Part shown: positions 22,152 through 32,800 of the stretch, piece by piece
How the letters are laid out: every line of letters starts with the position of its first letter
Position numbering within the stretch: position 1 is the first letter of the stretch
Source: Reclinomonas americana ATCC 50394
Lineage: Eukaryota
Length of the DNA: 38,867 bases
Assembly (NCBI GenBank): GCA_048213135.1
Contig: PS015575.1
Span: forward strand, 1-38,867
Direction: 5' to 3'
Position numbers and translations under genes: made by a program
The notes under the pieces: model-generated
Database searches by the model: none
What the model was told of the DNA's origin: nothing
The model's input: only the letters and a program-made list of their open reading frames with translations

Positions 22152-23976
22152 TTCCTGCACCCCCTCCCCCCTGACACACACCCGTTGACACTCGGCGTGT
22201 GCATCAACTCTGAACCACTTGGCGCCTCCGAGGCCACCGGTGTCGGCTCCTCAAAGCTACGACGCCGCTCGTGCCCGCCGGCATCCGCATCGGTTCGCCG
22301 TGGCGACACGGGATTGCTGCGTGATGCCACCGACGCCGATGATGCCGCACTCAACAATCCAGCCGCTCCAGCTGCCGCTGTTGCTGCTGTTGAGATGAAC
22401 AGAAAGCAATGAGTACAAAGCGTGCGTGTCGTCACACGCAAGGAGAGAGGAAGAACACACCGGCTACAGTTGTCGGTCCACTACCGCGCGGCTTGTGAAC
22501 CGTCCTCGCATGCAATTCCATCAGGTCCGGTCTGACCAGCACCACCACCGTCTGCGCGCACACAGAAGCATGCGTGAGCGGTGACTGTGCGGAGCTCACA
22601 TCCTCGCGCATTTACGAAACCGCATTATCAGGCAAGTAGTCGTCGTCGTCCAGATCAGCAAGGAACGGATTCAGTTCCCGGAAATCGTCCGACTTCATGC
22701 GATACATGCTGGTAATGACTCGAATCGACTCCTCCGGTGCCACCACGTGCTCCACATACATGGCTGCGCCACACACGTGGGTCTCCTACAGTAACAGACA
22801 GAAGAAGAGATGACAGTGATGACAACGTACGAGTTGGAGCCTCCTCCGGCGGCAACATGGCAGCCGCGGCGGCCACCGCGCGACGCGGCGACGACTGCAG
22901 GGTGGCAGATGGTGCATCGGCTGCACCACCCATCGACAGAGCAGGTACCGATGGCATGGAACCACTTGCCCCTGCCTCGGCGGCCGAGTCACCACCGTCG
23001 CCACCGCTGCTACGTTGGAGGGGGCAGGTCAGCACGAGAACGAAATGGAAAACCACGGCGAGAATCGGCGACGGCGGCACGCAACAGACGCGCCGAGCGC
23101 TGGAATCGCTTTCGCTTAGGCTCCGCGGCTGGAGTGGCACTTGGCGCGCTGCTCCCACACGCACAAGAGTGAGACAAGGGATGCGAATCTAACGAGCGAG
23201 CAGACGCAACGCTACATCCTTCTCCGGCGGTGCAAACACGCGCAGCACCTGGCGATTTCACACATCAGCATGTGACCAATACAAGACGGGCACCACTTCC
23301 AGATACGCGCGCACACACGCACGCACGCAACTTCACCCTCGTAGATCACACCACCACGGTGCACTTTGCTCGGATTCAAGCGCTTCAGCTGCGCCACCGA
23401 CATGTCATACAGCACCGCCACTCCCTCCAGTGTATCATACGGCGACACAATGTGGTCCACTACGGGACGCGACGGTGCTGCCGCGACAGCAGCCGCCGCC
23501 GACGATTCGTCACGAACAGGTGAAGATCCTGTTGTCGCACTGCCCTCACCAGCAGCAACAGAAGGAGGAGCAGCAGGCGGAGGCGAAGAAGGAGCATCAC
23601 CACCACCGGCACCACCAGAAGCCTCGCCTTCCTCCTCCTCCAGCAGCTCCACAGCGCCCACGTCTTGCAACTCCTCCACACTTCGCATCATCATCATCAT
23701 CATCACACAATCAGTCAATCAATGCACACACACACACACATACGCAAGATCACGCACCCCAGTGCCTCGCCCGGCACAGCACCAGCCACTGGCTTTGGCG
23801 GCGCCACTCCAAGCACCTCAATCACCCCTTGCAGAATGTTACCAAACCAGGCCCCGACTCCATGACCACGCTGCACCTCCTCCAGGCTGTCACCCTATAT
23901 ACACACACACACACAACCGCAGTCAAGACACGCACAGACACAGAGAAAGACACAGACACACACAGTCACTTACCAT
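21110..23976 (-). CDS. OXR1/NCOA7-like LysM + TLDc domain protein
   Basis: LysM reads [28 protein letters not shown]. TLDc contains [36 protein letters not shown] and [15 protein letters not shown]. The first exon is only the ATG (23974-23976), followed by GTAAGT. Confidence 0.85.
21975..22150. repeat. (CA)n and (CT)n microsatellites in an intron of the TLDc gene
   Basis: Long ACAC run at about 21998-22048 and TCTC run at about 22105-22148. Confidence 0.95.
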
Positions 23977-24065
23977 GCGCGTGTCAGTGTCGGTGTGTGT
24001 GTTGTAAGAAGAGGACACCCGCCCTCGAGTTGTCCTTCTCCTTTGTTTGTTTGCTGTCACTTCCG
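23977..24065. promoter_or_regulatory. Candidate bidirectional promoter (TLDc gene / GMPPA)
   Basis: Only 89 nt separate the divergent start codons. Inferred from gene geometry alone. Confidence 0.5.
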
Positions 24066-27000
24066 ATGAGCGTCCGTGGTGTTGTGATGATTGGCGGGCC
24101 GTCCAAGGGCACCCGCTTCCGCCCACTCTCACTCGACGTGCCAAAGCCGCTGTTCCCAGTCGCCGGATTGCCCATGATTGAGGTCTGTGTGTGCGCGTGT
24201 GCGTGTGTGTGGGTGCAAGCGATGTCTCTCCTCCGCGCAACCACACACACCACTCTCTGTCTGTGTGTGCGTGTGTGTGCGCGAGGTGTACCTCCGACAT
24301 GCCTCTCTTGTGTCTGTGCGCGCTTGTGTGTGTGTGTGTGTGTGGAGGGAGAGATGGTGCTGATGACGCTCTCTCTCACTCTCTTCTTCCTCTGCCATGC
24401 AGCATCACATCCGTGCACTGACCAAACTGGGAGCGGAACTGGCGGAGATTGTGTTGATCGGCTTTTATGAGGAGAGCGCCATGGAGTCCTTCATCTACGC
24501 CATGTATGATCGCTATCGTACGCGCATTCGGTGTGTGACTCCTCCTCTTCCGCCTCCTTCTCTCTCTCGCTCTCTCTGTCTGCCTGACATCCAGACGCAC
24601 AGCTACTTGAAGGAAAGTGGCGAAGTCGGCAGCGCCGGTGCGCTGTATTCCTTCCGCGAGGAGCTGCTGGCGGACGACGTTAAGCAGCTGCTGGTGTTGC
24701 ATGGCGACATTTGCTGCACGTTCCCCGTGTGTGAGCTCGTGGAGTGTCATCAGTCCAACCCGAAGGGTGCCATTGGTACGCTGGCCACCACAAGAGTCGC
24801 CAGTGACGAGCGCAGATATGGATGTGTGGTCACGCGACCGGGATCGCGCGAGGTGGTGCACTACGCCGAGAAGCCCGAGTCGTTTGTCAGTGATGTGATC
24901 AACACGGGCATGTACTGCTTCGTGGCGGCGGCGTTTGTTGAATACCTCACCGCAGTTGCGTGGGGTACACTTCGGGCTCCTCGTGGACTATCCCCTGTGT
25001 CTCACCCTTGTCTCTCGCTCTTGCCTCTCGCCCTTGTCTCTCGCTCTTGTCTCCCGCCCTTGTCCTTCTCCCCTCGTTTCTCTCTGTTTGTCTCTCCCCC
25101 TCGTCTCTCCCCCTCGTCTCTCTCGTCGCTCACCCCTTGTCTCTCGCTCTTGTCTCTCGCTCGTCTCTCGCTCTTGTCTCTCGCTCGTCTCTCGCTCTTG
25201 TCTCTCGCTCTTGTCTCTCCCCTTCGTCTCTCCCCTTCGTCACTCCCCCTCGTCACTCCCCCTCGTCACTCCCCTCGTCACTCCCCCNNNNNNNNNNNNN
25301 NNNNNNNNNNNNNNNNNNNNNNNNNNNNNNNNNNNNNNNNNNNNNNNNNNNNNNNNNNNNNNNNNNNNNNNNNNNNNNNNNNNNNNNNNNNNNNNNNNNN
25401 NNNNNNNNNNNNNNNNNNNNNNNNNNNNNNNNNNNNNNNNNNNNNNNNNNNNNNNNNNNNNNNNNNNNNNNNNNNNNNNNNNNNNNNNNNNNNNNNNNNN
25501 NNNNNNNNNNNNNNNNNNNNNNNNNNNNNNNNNNNNNNNNNNNNNNNNNNNNNNNNNNNNNNNNNNNNNNNNNNNNNNNNNNNNNNNNNNNNNNNNNNNN
25601 NNNNNNNNNNNNNNNNNNNNNNNNNNNNNNNNNNNNNNNNNNNNNNNNNNNNNNNNNNNNNNNNNNNNNNNNNNNNNNNNNNNNNNNNNNNNNNNNNNNN
25701 NNNNNNNNNNNNNNNNNNNNNNNNNNNNNNNNNNNNNNNNNNNNNNNNNNNNNNNNNNNNNNNNNNNNNNNNNNNNNNNNNNNNNNNNNNNNNNNNNNNN
25801 NNNNNNNNNNNNNNNNNNNNNNNNNNNNNNNNNNNNNNNNNNNNNNNNNNNNNNNNNNNNNNNNNNNNNNNNNNNNNNNNNNNNNNNNNNNNNNNNNNNN
25901 NNNNNNNNNNNNNNNNNNNNNNNNNNNNNNNNNNNNNNNNNNNNNNNNNNNNNNNNNNNNNNNNNNNNNNNNNNNNNNNNNNNNNNNNNNNNNNNNNNNN
26001 NNNNNNNNNNNNNNNNNNNNNNNNNNNNNNNNGTCTCTCCCCCTCCGTCTCTCCCCTCTCGTCTCTCCCCCCTCGTCTCTCCCCCCTCGTCTCTCCCCCC
26101 TCGTCTCTCCCCCCTCGTCTCTCCCCCCTCGTCTCTCCCCCTCGTCTCTCCCCCTTGTCTCTCTCTCTCTCTCATGTCCCTCACCTTCGCCCTTGCCTCT
26201 CCGCAGGTGCGCGCCATGAAGAGCCGACCATCGGCCACCGACTTGGCCGCCATTCTGGAGCTGCCGTCGAGCAACGTCATTCGCCTGGAGCAGGAGATCC
26301 TGGTGCCGTTGGCCGATCAGGGCAAGTTGTACACGTACGAGTTGCCTGGCTTCTGGTCGCAGATCAAGTCGCCGGCGTTGCGTCTCGGAAGCGCTCCCGT
26401 TTATGACTGATAATTCCTTCCCTCACCACCGCCGCCGTCACAACCGCAGTGCTGCTGTGCGGTGCTCGGCATTGTACTTGGAGCAGTACGCATTGCTCGG
26501 CTCACCCATGTTGTATTCCAAGCCGGCCGGTGCCGAGGGTCCAATCATCGTCGGCAATGTCACGATTGACGAGAACGCCGACGTGCATCCCACGGCCAAG
26601 GTGCGTGTGTTGGTGAGCGTTGAGAGTGGAAAGGGGACTCATTGGCGTCACAGATCGGACCCAATGTGTCCATTTGCGCGGGCGCCACTGTCGGCAAGGG
26701 TGTTCGAGTGGCAAACTCGATTATTCTGGAGGGTGTGCATCTGAAGGTTTCTTTAAATTTCTCTTGTCGCCACCTCCAGCATAGCCCTTCTCACCCCTGT
26801 GTACATTGGCAGGACCATTCATGTGTGTTGAACAGTATTCTGGGCTGGAACTCAACAGTAGGTCGGTGGGCGCGAGTGGAGGGCACGTTCGACCCGTCGG
26901 CGGCCAATGAGCAGATGACAATCTTTGGTGCGTGTCACGCCTTCACCATTTCACTCGCCCACGCCTCACCGGGACATGTCACACAGGTGCTGGAGTGGAG

Positions 27001-27087
27001 GTGAATGCGGAAGTGGTGGTGCGGAATAGTATTGTGCTGCCACAGAAGAAGTTGACGGAAGACGTCAAGGACACCATCCTCCTGTGA
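24066..27087 (+). CDS. GMPPA: Mannose-1-phosphate guanyltransferase alpha subunit
   Basis: [25 protein letters not shown] is the alpha-type motif. Also [34 protein letters not shown], hexapeptide repeats (IGPNVSI) and a C-terminal DTILL*. Confidence 0.93.
24995..26172. repeat. Pyrimidine-rich minisatellite (units such as TCGTCTCTCCCCC / TTGTCTCTCGCTC / TCGTCACTCCCC) spanning a gap
   Basis: Degenerate 11-14 nt tandem units flank both sides of gap 25288-26032, inside GMPPA intron 24955-26206. Confidence 0.9.
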
Positions 27088-27213
27088 GAAAAACAACCTC
27101 GGATGCACGTCGGACACAACACGTTCGCACACATCGACTCTTTGTATTGCTTGAAATTTGCCGCCGTGGAGAGGTGACCATAAGTGAACATGGCTTGTAG
27201 TGGGTGGGATGGA

Positions 27214-28950
27214 CTATCGTCGACCGCCAGCACCTGCGCAAGAGAGAGAAAAGAGAAAAGTGAGAAGCAGGAGAAAATGCCTTTTGACAAGATGGCGCGA
27301 CAGACCTGGCGACGACGAGTAGCGACCGGCAGAGTGGTGATCCTTGCGGCCGTCGCGATGCTCGTGACTGGCGCGGAAGGCGTGATCGGGACGACCACTG
27401 CCACGTTCGCGACCACCGAAGCTGCGACCACCGCCACCTTCACCGCCTTCGCCACTCGAGCGACGGGGCGGCGCAAAGTCGCCGCCGTCGGAGCCGAAGC
27501 TGCGACGCGGGCGATACTCGCTTCCGCCACTGCGTCTTCCGTCACCACCCGACGGACGACCCCAGTTTCCGCCACTGCGTCTGCCATCACCACCAGCACC
27601 AGCCGAGGAACGCTCCCAGCTTCCACCACCACGCGAAAATCCAGGCGCACCACCGTCACGACGCGGGCGGCGTGCATCACCACCGCCGCTGCCGTACTTT
27701 GGCCCCTCACCGTCACCAAAACGGCGACGAGGAGCAGCGGCACGCTCCGCGTCGTCGCGCGGGGGACGCTGCGGACGCTCACTCGGTCCAGCCTCCTCTG
27801 AGTCCTCCTGCACTCGCGGCGGACGCGGCGTCCACGGGCGGTCACTGCGCGGCGCACGCGGCGCGTACGGCGTCGCATCAGCGGCAGGCGGAGAACGGAC
27901 GCGTGCTGTTGTGGCGGAAGCGGCAACGGCGGGAGCGGCATCAGCAGCAGCCTCTGCGCAAGGATTGAGAACGATATGGACACAGACTCTGAAAAAACAC
28001 ACGCTCCACCCCCACTCACGTCCACTGGCCGCCGGCGCCGGAGCCGAAGACNNNNNNNNNNNNNNNNNNNNNNNNNNNNNNNNNNNNNNNNNNNNNNNNN
28101 NNNNNNNNNNNNNNNNNNNNNNNNNNNNNNNNNNNNNGCACGATAGGTAAGCACCAAAGTAAGAAGGAGGAAACGGAAGAGGGAGAGGGGGAAGAGAAGA
28201 AGGAAAGAAGAAGGAAGAAGACGGAAGAAGGAGGAGGAGGAGAAGAAGGAGAAGGGGAGGAAGACGAAGGAGAGGAAGACGAAGAAGAAGAAGAAAGAGA
28301 AGAGCATGCAAGAAGAAGAAGAAGGAGAGAAGACGACAAAGAAGGAACAGAAAGGGAAGAAGAAGCAGCAGTGCGCGCAACAGCGGGGATGAGCGTCGGA
28401 GGCAGACCGAGTTGTGTAAGGCGATTTGAAAGCACAGTGCGCGCGACTTGATCCTTCAGACTGCACACACACAAAACACAGTCAAAAAACACAAGACACG
28501 CACACCACAGAGAGAGAGAGAGAGAGAGCGCAAGAGAAGAGGGTCACACCTGACAGACTCGCCACGCGGTTTGTTGTACAAAAAGAGCTGCAAAGTGTTG
28601 AGAATCGCCGGATCCCACTGCCCAAATGCCACCGGCCCCGCATCCACCTGCACCACACAATATGAGACAAGGACAGACACACACACACACTAAAGAAGAA
28701 GAAGAAAAAAACGCAACTCGGCGACCGTCCAACTCAATCACGCTACTCGGCGCCACATAATGCACCGGAGTTGTGACCAGCTGCCCATCCACGCGCACTC
28801 TGCCCTCCTGAATCGCCATCTCCGCCAGTCGCCGCGAGGCCACTCCCGCACGCGAGAGGTACTTGGTCAGACGCACAAAGCCCAGCTGCACAGACGGATG
28901 CTCCTGCTGCTCCTTGGTTGCCTCCACTGCTTGTGTGACGCAACTACGCG
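27214..28950 (-). CDS. S4-domain RsuA/RluB-family pseudouridine synthase-like protein with R/G/D-rich tail (gapped)
   Basis: S4 domain VRLTKYLSRAGVASRRLAEMAIQEGRVRVDG, then LYNKPRG..SLKDQ. The catalytic GRLD exon is not visible (gap 28052-28137). RG-rich exons end at stop 27214; joining them across the gap is inferred. Confidence 0.65.
28160..28365. repeat. Degenerate (GAA/GGA)n purine tract
   Basis: Directly visible; intronic on the minus strand. Confidence 0.85.
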
Positions 28951-29089
28951 CACCAAGCAGCGCAGGCCATGCGCGCGAGACAGGCGACAGTCGCGCCAAA
29001 CAAGCCAGCATGCNNNNNNNNNNNNNNNNNNNNNNNNNNNNNNNNNNNNNNNNNNNNNNNNNNNNNNNNNNNNNNNNNNNNNNNNNNNN

Positions 29090-30025
29090 GACTATTCGCG
29101 GTACGGTCCCCACGCTGTCCCCGTCGTCGAGGCGCTCGTCATCATGACTGTCGCCGACAGCCGGCGGTGCCTCTGCCACTGGATCCTCCGCAAACGGCGT
29201 GTACGAGGGCGGCAGCGGCTGTGGCGACGGCGACGGCGACATCTCCAGAGGCCTCACCTCATGATGCCGACGCAACTGCGCAGCCACATGAGCGCGCCGC
29301 TGCTTCAGTCCGGCCTGATGCGCGGCCACAGCAGCCGGATCCACCTTCAACGACGCATGCCGCGGCACATACAGCGGCGGCGGCACCAGCAGCGACACCG
29401 GCAGATTCTTGTTCTCCTGCAACCACGATCGCACCGCTCGCGCCGTCGACCCCGCCGTGATGCCCGGCTGTAACCTCGGCACCGTGCTCACAGGCGCCGG
29501 CAACTCCAGCGGCGGCAACGCTCCCCCACCACCACCACCACCACCACTGCAAGACGCCACATGATAAGTCACATGAAACGATACGCGCGCAACGCCTGAC
29601 GCCGAACGCAACGTGCGTGATGAGCTTGCGCGTGGCGACGGGCTCACACTACTACTGTGCAACTGGCGAGCCGACGCCTGCTTGTCGACGCGCGGTCTCG
29701 CCGCCACCGACACTGATCGCTTCCTCTCAAAGCCCGGCGGCCGCCGAAACTCGTCCTCGCTCGCCATGGTCAAGTGCGACGCCGCCGCCGCCAACACCGA
29801 CACCGTCAACGCATCCACCAGTGACGGAGAAGACGAGGACTTGTTGTGGCCAGAGGCAACTGCCGGCGGTGGTGGTGGTGGTGCTCCTGCGCGCGCCTTC
29901 TTGCGCGGAGGAGACGGTCGCTGGTGACCGCCGCCGCCGCCACGGTGGTGTCGCGTGGGCGCGTGTCCCAGACCAACAAGCATCGGAAACATGCCGCCGG
30001 CCTCACTGTCACCGTCCTCAAGCAT
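29090..30025 (-). CDS. Low-complexity hypothetical protein, 5' part; runs into gap
   Basis: An open frame of about 310 codons starts at ATG 30025 and has coding-like composition. No recognisable domain. It may or may not join the S4 gene. Confidence 0.45.
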
Positions 30026-30542
30026 TGCGCGAGAAAAGTCAACAAATAAAAACGTTCGTTATCACGCGAATTTTCTTTCTTACTTACTCTTTTTNNNNNN
30101 NNNNNNNNNNNNNNNNNNNNNNNNNNNNNNNNNNNNNNNNNNNNNNNNNNNNNNNNNNNNNNNNNNNNNNNNNNNNNNNNNNNNNNNNNNNNNNNNNNNN
30201 NNNNNNNNNNNNNNNNNNNNNNNNNNNNNNNNNNNNNNNNNNNNNNNNNNNNNNNNNNNNNNNNNNNNNNNNNNNNNNNNNNNNNNNNNNNNNNNNNNNN
30301 NNNNNNNNNNNNNNNNNNNNNNNNNNNNNNNNNNNNNNNNNNNNNNNNNNNNNNNNNNNNNNNNNNNNNNNNNNNNNNNNNNNNNNNNNNNNNNNNNNNN
30401 NNNNNNNNNNNNNNNNNNNNNNNNNNNNNNNNNNNNNNNNNNNNNNNNNNNNNNNNNNNNNNNNNNNNNNNNNNNNNNNNNNNNNNNNNNNNNNNNNNNN
30501 NNNNNNNNNNNNNNNNNNNNNNNNNNNNNNNNNNNNNNNNNN

Positions 30543-31799
30543 ACACTCTCTCTCTCTCTCACGAGTAACTCACCGATCTGTGTTCGTGCGTCGCCAGAGG
30601 GGCTGTCACTACCGCTGGTGCAAGACTTTGCGATCTCACTGGCCATGATTCTCCAGCACAACCACGCCCTCTGTGCTGTCTACCTGAAATGTGCAGGTTT
30701 GCTGATGGAGTTGTCTCTGCCTCCTGTCTCTCCCGTTTGCTCACACCTGCCACAGAAATGCTGCTCACCAGCTCGATTGCCGAGTGCCTCTTTTCGGCCT
30801 TGTCGCACAATCGGTCGCTGCGCGAGTTGTCAATCAGTGGACCACTGGTCGTGCAAGACACGAATTTCGGCGATGCCTACAACAGCACCGGCACTGGGAG
30901 ACGAATGGCCGAGCTGAACTGGGTCAATGCACTGAGCAAGCTGTTCCGCTACAATCGCACACTGCACCGGCTCGGCATCGGCGGCTCCTTCTGGCAGCAC
31001 GCTCTGCCAGACTGTGCCACGGCACTGGCGCACCACAATCGCACCCTACACTCGCTGTCGTTGGCCCGTGGCGATTTCTTCGCCACCGGCAACGAATTCC
31101 TGCTGGCCTCGTGCATCGAGCGGCTGCTCGCCGGCAACCTGGTGGAGTTGGATCTGTCGCACAACCGCCCATTCGAGGAGAGCGTCATTAGTGCGCTGTG
31201 CACGGCACTGCCGGGCAACAGCACACTGCGGGAGTTGAATCTGTCGTCGTGCGGTCTGGGATCGTCGGCGCTGGCACGTCTCGGCGAGGCCATTGCGGCG
31301 CTGCCGCCGACGTCGTCGTTGTGTCGCGTGAATATTGCGCACAACGCGGCGCCGAGTCGTCCCTTTGAGCTGGCGTGCGAGGCGGCTCTCGACCTGACAT
31401 TCGAGCGGCTGGAGCTGGAGCGTGCACTCGGCGTGTGGAATGGTACGACAACTTGTTGCACGAACTCAAGTGCTCCACTGTGTTTGCTCACCCACCCGCG
31501 CAGCCTCGGCCGACGAAATGGACGAGCACGTACAGCGCCTGTGGACGGGCCGAGTGGTCGGTGGTGGCGGCGGCGGCACGGCGGCGGGCGGTGCAGGAGG
31601 CAGTGGCACGGGCCACGACGATCACAACACGGGCATTCGACTGGATCACGTGGACATGCTGCGACGGCGGTACCTGGAGGCGCGCAGCGCAGCACAAACA
31701 TGGCGCACCATCTTTCCCAGTGTCATCGACGTGGTGCAGAGGCAGACGGTACGATTGCGGAGAGCGGCCGGCAACGCTCCCATTGCCGCGCCATCATGA
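30543..31799 (+). CDS. RNI-like leucine-rich repeat protein, 3' part
   Basis: Repeats HNRSLRELSI, YNRTLHRLGI, HNRTLHSLSL, LVELDLSHN and NSTLRELNLSSCGLG. The 5' end lies in the gap. Confidence 0.75.
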
Positions 31800-31940
31800 C
31801 ACACCTGCAGTGAACCGCACAGCAACACATACTGCGAAGTGCGTGGGGAAAGCGAAAGCACACAGCCGTTCGTTCACTTGCAACGCCGTGCACTTCCTTC
31901 TGATGTACATCCATTTTCTTCTCCGTCAATCCCAGTCGCG

Positions 31941-32558
31941 TTACGTCAGCGCTCCACTGCGACGATAGAAGGAGCTCTCCACCAGCTTCTGGCGGTTGAA
32001 CTTGCCCGCCTGTGGCTCCACTCCCGTGGCACGCCATCTGCGCACACAGAGAGAGAGAGATGAAGGCGGTGAGACACACACCATCATCATCAGAGAGGAT
32101 GACGGTTGACGCAACCCAATCTCCTGCGACGAGGTCTGCATGGTTCCATAGCGCTCCTGTGGCGACGCCTTCTTCTGATGCTTCAAGTACGCCGCACGAC
32201 CCTCACCCTGTGCGCGCGTGCGTGTGTGAGAGAGAGGCACGCGTGCCAGCCAATCAGGCGGAAGAACAGCCACACACAGACCTCCTTGGAGACACCCTGC
32301 GTGAGAATGTCCTTCTCGGGGCGACTGTCAATGGTGGGTCTCGCCAGCAACTCCTCATCGCGATAGGCGCGCGCCAGGTTCTCCTGGTTCTTCGCCACCA
32401 CATCCTTGGCATACATCGTCTGCCACTTCTTGATCGTCCGCTGCTCGGACTTGATCATTTGCTCAAAGGCCATAGCTGTGCAGGAGAAGTGCACGAGTGA
32501 GTGAGTGAGTGTGAGTGGAGAGCAAGCGGGTACGATGAAGACCTTCATGCGCGTCCAT
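31941..32558 (-). CDS. SPMIP1/ATP6V1FNB-like axonemal microtubule inner protein
   Basis: The spliced product contains LTQGVSKEGEGRAAYLK..PQERY..TSSQEIGW..FNRQKLVESSFYRRSG, matching the recalled family pattern GxSxxGxGRxxYL..PxEK/RY..SSxExGW..FY. Confidence 0.75.
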
Positions 32559-32800
32559 GATTGGCAGAGAAGAGAAAGAGAAACGGCTCCGTCGTCGATC
32601 GGATGGACGGTGGATTATCGAGCGGTCTCTCCTTCATCAGAAGAGTACCTCGGGCCCTCGCTTTTTGTCGTGTTTTTCATTTGGATCCCTGTTGCGGAGC
32701 GGAAGCAATCCACACCTCCCCTCTCTTTGCCTATTCTCTGTTGGTCTCTCTCCACTGTTGTGTGTGTGTGTGAGACACTCGCCGCCTCATCTTCGCCGCC

